A stretch of 64,000 nucleotides of DNA, from assembly GCA_002633005.1 (NCBI GenBank), contig NMRA01000359.1, positions 1 to 64,000 on the forward strand, read 5' to 3'. Shown here piece after piece: positions 1 to 11,614 of the stretch. The position numbers were made by a program, and so were the translations under genes. Position 1 is the stretch's first letter. Each line of letters begins with the position of its first letter. The stretch is from Phoronis australis (lineage: Eukaryota > Animalia > Phoronida). The notes under the pieces were generated by a model. It ran no database searches, was not told the origin of the DNA, and saw nothing but the letters and a program-made list of their open reading frames with translations.

Positions 1-138
1 GGCGTTCAGGAATCCTTGCAGCAGGTGGGTATACATACAAGAAAAAACGTCATAGGATGTGAAAAGCGCGTCTTCCAAGAGAAAACTATCGTTCACCTTT
101 TCCACAAGATTCTGAATGTTGACATTGTGATGGACTGA

Positions 139-390
139 TTGGCCGACTTGCGGAGACAAAATGTCAGCAACGAACTTGGCAACATGGTGTGTAACCGAGT
201 CGCTGTTGCAGTGATTCATGAACGCCTCTGCAGTGACCACGAACTGTGGCTAAGGACGAGTTTATCTGGTACGGATGTGAGTGATCTTCTGCAGATTTTT
301 CAAGGCACTATATTTTTCATTTGATCAACAAATATATGCGTCGTGGAATCCCCCGTATCCCCTATTGTCGCCAACTTGCACTTATTCTAA
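139..390 (+). mobile_element. Penelope-like retroelement reverse transcriptase relic (5' part)
   Basis: Translates (with frameshifts) to RLCSDHELWLRTSLSGTDVSDLLQI..YFSFDQQIY..PVSPIVANL, matching PLE RT motifs (RTxL, YF.F....Y, GSPVSPIVANL). Confidence 0.6.
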
Positions 391-399
391 AGTGAAATC

Positions 400-2490
400 A
401 AGAGTTTGATTGAGATACGTTAATAACACTTTTGGGATCACTGAACAGTCTGAAAAGCAATTTTTCTCTCATTACAGAGGGTAGAGACGGTGTGAACGCG
501 TTCTTTAATTGCTTACTGTCAGTTAATAGTCAGGTTTGTTGTGTAATTTTGCTGAGTTTTTTGGTGAAAAGTGGAAACCTCATGGAATAACAAATCAGAA
601 AATAAGTGATACCTTTTTGGCGGCCATCTTGGACTTTCAAAAATCGCACCGGTAACATACATTTTGTTCAGTATCTATGCTCTTGGGTCACCTAGAATGT
701 TAGTTTTAATGGCTGCACCCACATTGTTGTTGGCAATGAATCCGAAAATGCAACTTATTAAATGTAAAACATAATCAAGAACCCGTTTATTAGCAGCCAC
801 ATTTTGTAAATGCCTTCATCATGTATTCCAACACACATGCGCACTATCTTGCCAGACTTAAAAATGTTTGTGGTCTTACTACTTGCATATTTCGTTCGGA
901 TTTGTTTCCTTCAACACACTTAAATTCAACCAGTATCTATACAACCTATTTACGTTTGCAGAACATGAGAGTATCTTTACTGTAGTGTCAGTAGTCTTTC
1001 AAAACTTTGAAATCAGTCTACAGATCATCCCTGTCGCCATCTCTGTCATCGTTGGCACCAGGGATGACGGCATTATAAGAGTTTAAAATTCTGACATTCT
1101 GGACAATACTGACATAGATGTGTGCAAGGTAGGTCCTTTGATCGACGAGAGCATCGTTGGGAGGAACAATATCTTTTGCATTGACATCTAACCATCTAAA
1201 TGAAAGCACCTGGCGCCGGAGCCTCCTAAGTTGTGAGAGGTGTCAGTTGGTCGTCTTTGTCCTTGTATAACCCATTCTCTGCAGCGTGTCAAGGAACTTC
1301 TGTCGAGCAATGGCTACCGGTCCCCACACTTTGGCTAATAAACATCCTCAGCACACGCTGTTCAAAGCCCCAATGGGTGGTGGAAGTTTGTCGCTGTAAA
1401 CCGTATGTTTGCAGAAGAGGTACAATCTCAGCTCGGGGATACTATCTATGTCAATACCCTGTGGTGAGTATGCAGCACATGTAAAACGGGCTAATGTGAA
1501 CAAGAAGCAGTACAAAGAGTATGCAATGCAATGACAACATCACTGTCAGCCTCCAACTATATATTCAACCATGTTGTTTTGCCTATCCTGGAGAACCGAC
1601 CAGTTTTGTCTGCCCCTGTAAAAGCATGGAAAGCCGGTAGAGGGTTTGTCTGGGCAGCACCTAGTGCTGTCCATATTGGATTTATGTCCACAGTCCCAGA
1701 TGCCATTGAGGCTGAAGTTTTTCTGAGAAGCCGGTCATAGTAGGCAATGACGAGTATCAGAACATCTGTGTCTGGTGAAAAAAGTACCAGGTGAGAATCA
1801 GGGACGTTTTGATGGGATGCCCGCACTGCATGATGTATTACCAACGTATCTGCTTCTTGATTGTTTTCGTCAAAGCGTAGAGGACGCCTGTTGCTTATTG
1901 TAAATCTTGACGAATTGGCAGTGTCTGTAGACAAATATGAAGAATCTCATTGACATTGCCGGAAATAACGTTCAGTGCAGAATTGGCCTTCACCATCCTC
2001 TCGAGGTGTTCACAAGCTTGGTCTGCCTCAAAGGACACAAATGGGATTTCGGTTTTGCTGACTGAGATGCCTGTTCCAATTTCAGTCCAGATGTCGTAGT
2101 GTTTGGTTCTCAGGTCTTGCATATCATCAATGTATGTAGGCCGGAGTCTTTTGTAGTTGATGCAAGCAAAAGCAAAAGAAAACTTTGATCCTTGCATCAA
2201 CAGCCTGGAGATGCAGACTCAAATCAGCATTTCGAGATATTGCCACAAACACCATGATGGTTTCGACTCGATGCAGATATTTCACAATGGACTTGAAGAT
2301 GGCATTAGCTGATCATTTCGCTGTCCCGTTCTCTGAGTGTTTCAAGTGTCTTGGCAATTGGCAACAGTTCCAGCAAATCGTGGGTAGTTTGCTTTGTGCT
2401 CTCGGCTTTTATGGTTTTGTTTTTCTCTGAACAGGTTGTTGGTGATGAATTTAGAGCCTCACAACAAAAGGCCTCTAACTGTGGGTTTCC
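400..2490 (-). mobile_element. Academ (XPG/FEN1-nuclease type, AcademX) DNA transposon relic, 3' half
   Basis: Minus-strand NQEADTLVIHHA, SPDTDVLIL, AFHAFTGADKTGRFSRIGK (XPG/H3TH-like), followed by Cys-rich MVRCQCKRYCSSQRCSRRSKDLPCTHLCQYCPECQN (~1085-1195); the terminal region carries GCGGCCATCTTGG (~620), also seen in the TIRs at 57.3/62.3 kb. Multiple stops and frameshifts. Confidence 0.6.
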
Positions 2491-2493
2491 TTN

Positions 2494-4150
2494 GCATTTG
2501 TGAAGTCGTTTAGGCTGCTTTCGTACACTTTGCCCAGATATTTCACTAACTTTTCACCCAGGGTTGGTGCTTGCGCATTCTCCCTTTAATCAAAACCAGA
2601 CTTCTTGGCTTCTGCACCTTGAACTTCATCCTGCCCCAAACAATTATCTCTTCTAGTTTCTTCAACACCCGTCCTGCTCCTACCACTGTTGATGTGGTTA
2701 CTGTTAGGTCATCAACAAATGCACGGCACAAGGGAAGGAGTCAGCCTTGCAGACGTTGCTGGCTCACCGAATAATGATGTTCATCGCAAGAACAAATAAA
2801 CTGACTGAAACGCGGCACCTGGTCAAGATCCTTTCTCCAAAGGCTTGAAATCTGTTGCAAAATCCATCGTAGAAAATTGCATCTGTGTACTGTTTAAATA
2901 GTCGTTGATGACCTTCTAAACTCATTCTAGAAAATGAAATGTCGCTTTCGCCTTTCTACTCATTGAATGTTACATGGAACCATAAGCACTCTCTAAATCT
3001 AAGCACACAGCTGCCCTAGCCCTACATGATTGCCTTTGTATTACCGATAAGCTCTGTTAGAACAGGCAACTCGACTGTCCTGGTACTGTATGTACTGCAT
3101 GGTCAATTTATCTTTCCCCCGGGGCGTACTTGACATTTTTTGATGCAATCACTGCGAAGAACATTTTTTACTCTACATCAAGCAGGGAAATTGTCCTGTA
3201 CATGTACATGTAGTCTTTTATAGCTTTGCATCTTTGCTCTTTGGAGTGTAACAACCCTTAGACTCGCCCCAGTGATCAGCAAGTGGCTTCAATCTTTAGA
3301 CTCCTCTCATTAGCTTCCATAATAGTCTTAATAGCCCCGGGCACTTCTTGTATACAATGTAACTAGACTCAGACGGAATCAGGTTTGGCCTCCATGACGA
3401 CACGCTGTACCTTAAAGAACATATTATGTCCGACGTCAAACTGAAGTTCAGGTGGAATTTCCCCATCCATCCAATTGAACTCCTCTAGATTGTCAAGCCG
3501 GTTCGCGTCGATATGAATCTCCACCAGATGATCTTCTAGTTGGACTTCACTGTATGATAACCGCCCACTTGTTTCTTGGTTCATCTTCAGTTCTGCCACT
3601 TGGAGAATCCTCGGGTTTGTAACTCATAGCAAAGAATAATTTGTTTTCTCATGGAGAACTCGGTATTGGGCTGCTAACACTTCCAGCCCGTCAGTCTTTC
3701 CCTGACATTCGCCCGTCCAAGTGTCACTCGTCTCCCCGAGTTGTCCTCTGGCCTTTCCCAGAAGTTACTGGACTTCTCCAATCGTTAAATTAACTTTAAA
3801 CAGATGTTGTTTCTCTGCTCCCCCGTCAATCGTCAACAAGATGACGTCTTTGCAACATGTTTAACATGAACGCGCACCAAGACTAGTCCCCACCCCCAAA
3901 GTTGACCAGGCTCCGGTTTATCGTGGAGTTTGCCAATGTTTGGTCTTCTGCAACCACAACCATGATGATGCTGATTCAGTTTCGGCTACTACTGACTTCA
4001 TCATAGGCTTCCTTGGATTAGTTGAAATTTTCAGCATCCTTGACATAATCCACCTTACAATTCTGCCTCAACCGTTAAACGGAAGCAGCTCCATCCACTT
4101 CTTGAAAACTCATGGCTCAGATCTCTGCTCTTGAAAGCTTTCCTCTCCTG
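2494..4150 (-). mobile_element. Non-LTR retrotransposon RT relic (RLE-type, Hero-like)
   Basis: Minus-strand RTISLLDVE..FF (~3150-3200), CLDLESAYGS (~2970-3010), RAFVDDLTVTT..LE..WGRMKFKVQKPRSLVLIKG and VKYLGKVY (~2525-2731). Disrupted. Confidence 0.65.
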
Positions 4151-4229
4151 GGCTTTCCTTATTTCCCCGCCACTACAAAGTTAATCCCACAAATACTACC
4201 AGCATGTCTCTCTCCTTCCCGTTTGTCGC

Positions 4230-5060
4230 CTTACGTCTAGTGGATGGTAGAAAACTCACACCTTGTCAACCATAAGAGACTGTACCAACTGTCTTTATTC
4301 TGGACGCGGCTATCTGCTTTGTTAACCACCTGGAGATTCCACTTCTGCCTGCCCTTACCTGGATCTCTTGATAAATCTATCTCTAGAGTCTCACAATTTA
4401 CAGATCGGCTTTCAACATCCCATTTCGTACAAGCTTGGTGTAATTCGTCTCTTGTATCACCGTGCGGACCTGACTGTCTCTGACGACAATAACAGGACAT
4501 TAGAAAAACACAGACTTCGCAACTCTTTGGAAATGTGCGGATACCCACGTTTGGTCTTTGGCAAGGCTACTCGTAGAACACCAAGATTGGGAATTAACAA
4601 CATTGACGTTCCTCACCCAGATCAACCATGGGCAAGGATATATATTTCATATGTGGAATAGACTTTCTGAACAATTGCCATCGGTTTTCAGGAATTTCTT
4701 ATTGCCACCTCTTTCAAACCTGTTGGCACTTCGAGACTAAAACTCGTGCACTCTAAGGACAAACAACCTAAGGAAAGGATAGCTAATGTGGTCTATGGAA
4801 TAAAGTGTGGAGAGTGCCCTGTAACTTGTGTAAGTGAAACTAAGCAGTCCTTGAATACACGGTTGTGCCAGCTTCGTCTCCTAACTACGGTGACACGTGA
4901 CTCTGCCGTGTTTATTCATTGTTAGGGATCTGGTTACAGCTTTGACTTCGACAATGTACTAATCAGCGACAAGGGGAGCTATTGGTTTGAATGAGGTGTC
5001 AATGAGGGTATTCATGAAAGAATTGAAGTCCGAACAGGAGGCTGGAGATTCAGTCTGTCA
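4230..5060 (+). mobile_element. Penelope-like element relic (RT thumb plus GIY-YIG endonuclease)
   Basis: LPYLD..HPISYKLGVIRLLYHRA..LEMCGYP, then ANVVYGIKCGECPVTCVSETKQSLNTRL (~4780-4865), a degenerate GIY-YIG signature. Confidence 0.7.
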
Positions 5061-7949
5061 CACACCCGTGACAGGATTCAGGCTCAAGTTTCCAGCCGAC
5101 TTTCCCAACTCCGACCTAATCCTCCAGAGGTTACACAGTCTCGAAAACCCAGCAGAGCCTGTCGAATCGTTGCCTTTTCGTCTGACGTTTAGGAATAACT
5201 CATATTTTTTGTATTAAGTTTCCCTAACACAGCCTTTACTTATTATTTCTCTTTTTGATTTATCACTTAAGTTATCATTTAGTTTAGCTATTTCGTTTGA
5301 AATATACTCCCGTTTTTACTGGACCTTTGTTGTCGAGTTTATTTGCGAAACCGTCGGACGTAAAACTGGTAAAGCAATGTTCTTGTTTCGTTCACGGTAC
5401 AAAAGCAAGTGTCCAACACTGAGCCCAGTTTAAGGCATTTGAAGAAACGTAAATATCTGTAACAAAATAACGCTTTGTAAACCCTCAACAACCCTTAAAC
5501 ATTAAAGTCAGTTTCACAGTTTGCTAAATTGACATGCATGACTGACGTTTTTATTCCCCCACACAAAATTTCCAGGCGTTATGGTGAACCCGTGGCGACT
5601 GTCGGCATGGGCACAGAGCCCGGATATTCGAGGAAACAAATTAGCAGCAAAACAGGTAGAAAAGAAACAAGTTATTGTCAACTACCTTTGGGGGATTTGC
5701 CCAGGGTTTATTTCTGAGGCAGTCTGTATCGTCTAACACGCGGTTAAAAAAGTGCTTTCAAGTCCGAGGAAACCTTTATGCACAGACAACAAACTTGTTA
5801 AACTTTTCAAAATACGAAATTATCTACTTGTAGATAAGAAATTATCTTTTACTGAATCTATAACTATTTATCCAGGAACTCTTCAGTCTGAAGAAAGGGA
5901 AAATGTTGTCGTCTGCCGCTTTTTCCGTTTTTAAAATTCAATTTATTTCTGTAATAAAGGCCATCAGCCCACTGTACAGAAGAACAATATGTAACTTAGG
6001 GCCTACTTGGGAGTGCAGCAAGCTATCACGGATTCAAAAGCATAAATACATATTTATATAGGTTAAATAATTTAGCATTATCACTTGTTGACATCAATCT
6101 ATTGAACTTAAGAAAAGACACAACTTCGAAAATTCTTTTTCAAATTTGTATGCTTTGATTTTGCGTGACAAACACGGCTATTTTGAAGGTTTTCATTGAA
6201 GCCATTTGTGGCCTAATTTGGAACTTTGCAGCAGCCATATTGCTCCTTTCCAAAAATGGACCGTCTAATAATTCATTCAGTCGCTCCTAACCTGTTCATA
6301 ATCTAAAATAAAAACTTGCCTCTCCCGTACTTTTTGCGTGCGAAGCTTTAGACGAATCGCCCTTGGTCCTACTTTTATGAGGAAATTTTCCTAATAAACG
6401 CCCCACTATCTGGACACTTGGCACCAGGAGTTGTAACGCCAAGTAAACGCCCATGGAAGTTTCATCGGGTGGACTTATCTGCGGAAAATCCCGGTAATTG
6501 CCATTTGGTGAAAACTACACTGATCATTATTGCTTATTACAAAAAATTATATACATAAGATATAACTGGCATGAGTTCTTCGTCTATATGATAGATGCCG
6601 TCGATGTTTGTCTACATGGAGATGGTAAACGGGACTAGAAGCCGAATCTGCCTTGCGTTCGTTTTTTGATTTTCGTTGTGAGAGCCAGTGACAAAGGAAA
6701 AAAGACACCCACGGGCCCTCTGTTCAGTACAAAAAAATCGTTAACTCGGTCAACACTCATTGTAATTTTTAATTCATATTGCAATGTACCCGCAGGCTGC
6801 TACGAATTTTAATTTCCACCGGTCGCCAGAAATTTCGTATTTGCATCCCCGGGTCGAAAAACAATTCATGAAAGACAATTTTATAAATGAATCAATTCAT
6901 GACAAAGTACGACACAAGCAATGGTCTGGATTTCAAACATACTAAGTGAATGCCTCTGTGGTTTAGCAAGGGGGGGGGGGCGTCAGGTGTCCCTGGGCGC
7001 CTGCGGCGAAGGGGTTTGCCAAACGTGTTTCAAGGAGGGGTGCCAGTTTCACTGTGGGTTGCACAGCTACCGACTAGGGGGTGGAGTGGGGGATGCCACT
7101 TGAGGTGTCGACGGGAAGGGGAGGGGGTAAAGGGCTGGTGCTCGCTACGCCACTGGACTGACTGATATTTCAGGTGTTCAGCGTCAGGGTATATACACTT
7201 TCTGCTTGGGTGAAAACTGTCCCCAAATTCTCGTCGGTGAACATCGCATATGATTTCACTCCGCGGCTGGTCCTACTCAGTCGGCCGAAAAATGGTAGTA
7301 CAGTCACGTGTATATATTGCACGTGCTTGCAGGCTTTGAAATGAGTTTTTGTTTTTATTGTACGGTTGGGAAAATTCATGTGAGTAGAGTAAATATTAGC
7401 CTTGGTACAAAGCTGTATATAAATATACAGCTTTGCACCGATGTGGGTAAAAAAGTGGCAAGATAAAATCTGAATCAAAATTGGTGTCATTAAAAACTAC
7501 AGTCCTCCTTGAGTAAACTAAATCATTTAACGATGTTGGCAAAAATGGCGTTTTACCGTTATTCTGCTGCTAAAGTTGTGGAGCGATCTTTAGCGACGGC
7601 TTTCGGCGCCATGAAATATTGCGTCACCTACATGTATTGGCCAGTTTCTTTTTTCGCCGATTCTTCAATCAACTGTTGTTCTTTCACGAGTTTGCGTACA
7701 CGTCACAACAAGTTATCAGAACTGGTTTCACTTCATTATAAGTTTTTAGAATTTTGATACCGAAAAATCGAATTTTAGAAGAAATTTTGCTGCTGCCAAG
7801 CTATCATCATCACCCGAGAGATGTCGCAAAAATTTAGGAAATGGCGCGTGCGCGTGACACGAGCGTACTGTTTTCAAAACGACGAAATACTTTTCATTGT
7901 TAGAAAAGGCGGAAAGTTACACTAGAAAATGACGTTTATTGCATTGTTT

Positions 7950-8450
7950 TTCACTTATACGGCTGTAACGGGAAAGGTGAGTGTCGGTTGACTCCCAGAT
8001 TTTGCATGCACACCGTCCGGTTTTTAGCTTTACATGTTGATACAAGATTCACGGCGCGGTGACGAGCAGAACTACCCAGGCTGTGTGCAATTTCGGGGTC
8101 TACGGAAGAAATACACACAGTGGGACCTAGCTGTATTTTGACGACAGTCTTCATACAGCTAGCCGGCTGGCTACAGAAACGAGTGTCTTTATTTATTCGC
8201 TTCCTATGCGACACAGGTGCAGGGGCGAATCTGCGATGTCAGTGGCCAAAAGGGTTTACCATTGGTGCCGTTTTGATGTCTCTGGGGAATTTTAACGGCG
8301 CCTCTCTAACTTGTTAAAGCTCATGAACGCGCTGTAATTCCGCCGATAGAAAAATATTTATGAACTGATAATGAGAGGGGTCTGATAAACCTCCCTTAAA
8401 AACTCAATAGGAATTTTCCAAGTAATTTGGTGCTCTTTCTCCCAGCTTCC
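7950..8450 (+). mobile_element. LTR retrotransposon (Gypsy-like) aspartic protease relic
   Basis: ORF 8120-8317 contains IRFLCDTGAGANL (retropepsin DTGA motif at ~8210) and later LGNFNGASLTC; no RT or integrase is visible nearby. Confidence 0.4.
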
Positions 8451-10371
8451 TTGAAGAGTTTCTATAGTTTAGCCACCCCAGGGAAGGGAGGGGCGGAGGG
8501 AGGGAGAGAGAAAGAGAGAGATTGAGAATACTTTAATAACTTATACAACAAATTAGTGAAATACAATAGACTATTTGCAGGTCCGTTGCTGTTTATTGCA
8601 CCAATAAATGCACCCTAAAATGAAATCGTAAAACTTACTATCAGTCTTAGACAAATCACTCATAATCATGACAAATGGCAAATTAATCAAACTGAATGCC
8701 ACAAAAGTGTACAGAAATTCACCTCAAAATCTACAGCATCGTACAGTGCACTTTATCCATAAATCACACCGTTTAATTGGATTGGGTGTGACTCAACGAC
8801 TGGCTCTGATCCTGGTGAGCACTATTCTGTAACAATTAATATTACACTGTGAGGTTACCTATTGACGTCTACTGGAAATTATTATCAAATAGTTAAAATC
8901 CACATCGAAAAACTACCAACAATACGCAGGAGCGAATCTATAAAGGTACACAAACTAGGTATCTCACAAATCTCAGATTAATGCAATGACAAAGCATAAT
9001 TACCCTATTCTACGGTAAGATGTGCTACAATAACTCAAAGCAAATCAGCGTTACGGTCAAATCAACTTACAACAATATAAGACTAAACCATACACCGTAA
9101 AATGGAAACTTAACAATAGTAAGCCCCTCACGTCTTGCGCAATCAGTGGTCAAAACTAGAATAAACTATACACGGTTCACAGAACAAATGAAAGACAATG
9201 GCCCACAAATCTAGAAAGTGGCAAACAATAAAATCTGCGCGTCTGTGAGTATGGATGCAAAATTGCCAACGGCGGGGGTACAGAAGTCACCATGCAGTTA
9301 CTGAGGTATCTGAAATTCGGTACCGCAAGAGATGTGAATTGGTGAAGTCGAATTAGTTGGCCCCCACCCCACCATAAAATTTTCCTTCCGATGAGCTTGA
9401 CTGAATGGGTAAAATATCCACCCGGGGGACAAAGTACCTACCCAACACAGTACCATAGGACAAAATATCAACCCGCGACAATACAAAAGAAAGCAAAATA
9501 TGCACCCGATTTGGCAGATTCGGGTGCGGAGGTGTCCACTATCAGTGGGGCCTTTTAGTTTTTATCAGGTATTTTACTTTAAAAACACCAATTATGAATA
9601 CATTGAAAACGTGATTAATAAAGCAACCCCACTTAAAAATAACGCAACAGTTTTTACGGCATTAGAAACTTTCTGAAATTTAGTGCCTCAAATTTATTTC
9701 TTGCGATATGCTACTCGGTGCAGTTTCATGGATAGTTCCCGAAGACTAATGTCTGCGATGTCAAGTGACAGGTATGTAGTGCGCGCTTCCTGGCCACGTG
9801 CTTTTAACAACAAGTTCTTTATTCGTGAGACAGCCGTCAGCTGAATGGGCACTTCGAGTACATTCGCGGTTTTCACGTGTAGGCCCTACACAGTGTTAAA
9901 AAATAGGTCACACCTGATCAGTTCAGTGTATATTTTTGAAACATAAATACCTCCAGTGGAGATGTTAAGGCTATAGACTAGAGAAAAGACAGTGTTGACT
10001 ACTGGTATTGAACTCTAGAAATCCGGCTTAAGCTCCTCATAACCCATATCTGTAGAAGACTTCACAACAACACTGAGACTCTCACAGAGGGAAACACAAG
10101 TTTGAAACAAATATTGTTTTTATTTCAAGATAATGGTTAAATGTACTAGTAAGTGAGACATTATCAATGGATTGTTGGAAGCATTTTAGTACATATTCAG
10201 AAAATACAGTTACTGGTTTTGTTGAGTCTGGCAACTATAATTATTCACTAGACTACAGCCACACCAAAACATCCTAGAAATTTTTTTGTCCCTGACCTAG
10301 ACAACTTTGGCAAAAGGACAGACTTCATTTCTTGCATCCAGATTGGATAGTTCTGAGATGCAAATAAAATT

Positions 10372-10965
10372 TTACATTCTTCTTTTGTCATGTCTATCTC
10401 TCTTGTCCCTATTGTCTTTCTTTTTAGACTTTTTGAAAGATTCATCCTCCCTGTCTTCGCTGTGCTGTCGTGAGTGTTTTTGCTTCTTTTCCTTCTTCCT
10501 TTTCCTGTTACTTTCTTCCTCAGGATTTTCTGGGTGTTCAGATATCTTTGGTGCAATCCCTTCCCTTCGTAACTTTTTAACAGCCTCACTGTCATTCTCG
10601 TGCTCCTTTGGCACTTTATACTCTGCAACATGGTCCACTCTAATTGTTCGTCCAAGGAGTTTTATTCCATTCAAATTATCAACTGTCAATACCGTACTCC
10701 GCTGGTCCTCGAAACAAATAAAGCAGAAGCCTTTACTTTTCCCAGTCCCTTTATCTCGAACCAAGTTTATATGAACAAGTTCTCCGTACTGAGAAAACAC
10801 TGAAATAATATCTCCTTCAGTTAAATCATATGGTAACCCTCCCACATATATCCAGGCACTGTCTCTATATTGATGATGCCAAGAGTTTTTTGTTCCAGCA
10901 ATGCCACTTTCCAATTCTCGGTCATTCATCCGGTTAATACTCTCAATGTTACTCATAGGATTCAT
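10372..10965 (-). CDS. RBMX2: RNA-binding motif protein X-linked 2 (Snu17/Ist3 homologue, RES complex), 197 aa, intronless CDS
   Basis: MNPMSNIESIN..SWHHQYRDSAWIYVGGLPYDLTEGDIISVFSQYGE..NLVRDKGTGKSKGFCFICFEDQRSTVLTVDNLNGIKLLGRTIRVDHV, followed by a K/R/E-rich tail. The true ATG is at 10965 (the ORF track starts at an upstream GTG). Minus-strand AATAAA at 10119-10124. Confidence 0.95.
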   Translation of the reverse strand: MNPMSNIESINRMNDRELESGIAGTKNSWHHQYRDSAWIYVGGLPYDLTEGDIISVFSQYGELVHINLVRDKGTGKSKGFCFICFEDQRSTVLTVDNLNGIKLLGRTIRVDHVAEYKVPKEHENDSEAVKKLRREGIAPKISEHPENPEEESNRKRKKEKKQKHSRQHSEDREDESFKKSKKKDNRDKRDRHDKRRM

Positions 10966-11614
10966 GGTGAATACTTTCCAATCAGCCACTCAATCCAATG
11001 CATAAAAACGACAGAGACAGGTTCGATTTGTATCGCTGATGCAACAAAGAGTCGAGTTCGTCAGTTACCGGCACTTGTAGAAAGAGCTCGCAAAGTAACA
11101 TTTACAAGGAACGTGAGTCCAAGTTAACTAGTGCCAGAGTCGTGGTAAGTGTGTAGGTGGACTGAAATTCACACGGTTTTATGAGGTCCCAGAGTTTAAT
11201 GAAACAATAAAACTATCCAGGGGCCGTTACGTAAAACTGGTAGACATAGAAATGGCAACTTCAAATAGAACATTTAGAACGAGAACGAGCACCAACTTTT
11301 CGTGTCGTCCTTGACCCAGTCTTCAACTTCCTTTATGAATAGCGACATCTACCGTCAATTACCGATTTATAATCGTCTCAGCTAAGTTTTCTTTTGGACA
11401 TTTTCCTTAATTTCAACGGCCTGCTCCTGTACTTCCAATAACTGCAAATAGCTGAATATATTTTGGCTTGGAACTAGAGCTATGGTTTTGTCCAATGTCA
11501 CATAAATACAAATATGCTAAAGATGTCGCTTGATATCAAACACTCTCTCCATTTTTGAAGATACGTTTCTGTGTTTTGGGCGATGGAAATTTTTGGAAGT
11601 AAATCAGTGTAAAG

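Noticed and set aside
7170-7290. Minus-strand ICDVHRREFG..KCIYP..H Cys/His pattern
   Set aside because: Resembles a DNA-transposon zinc-finger remnant but is too short and disrupted to classify.
10248-10803. Overlapping ORFs (135, 155 and 67 aa) around RBMX2
   Set aside because: Shadow or antisense frames of the purine-biased RBMX2 CDS; no motifs.
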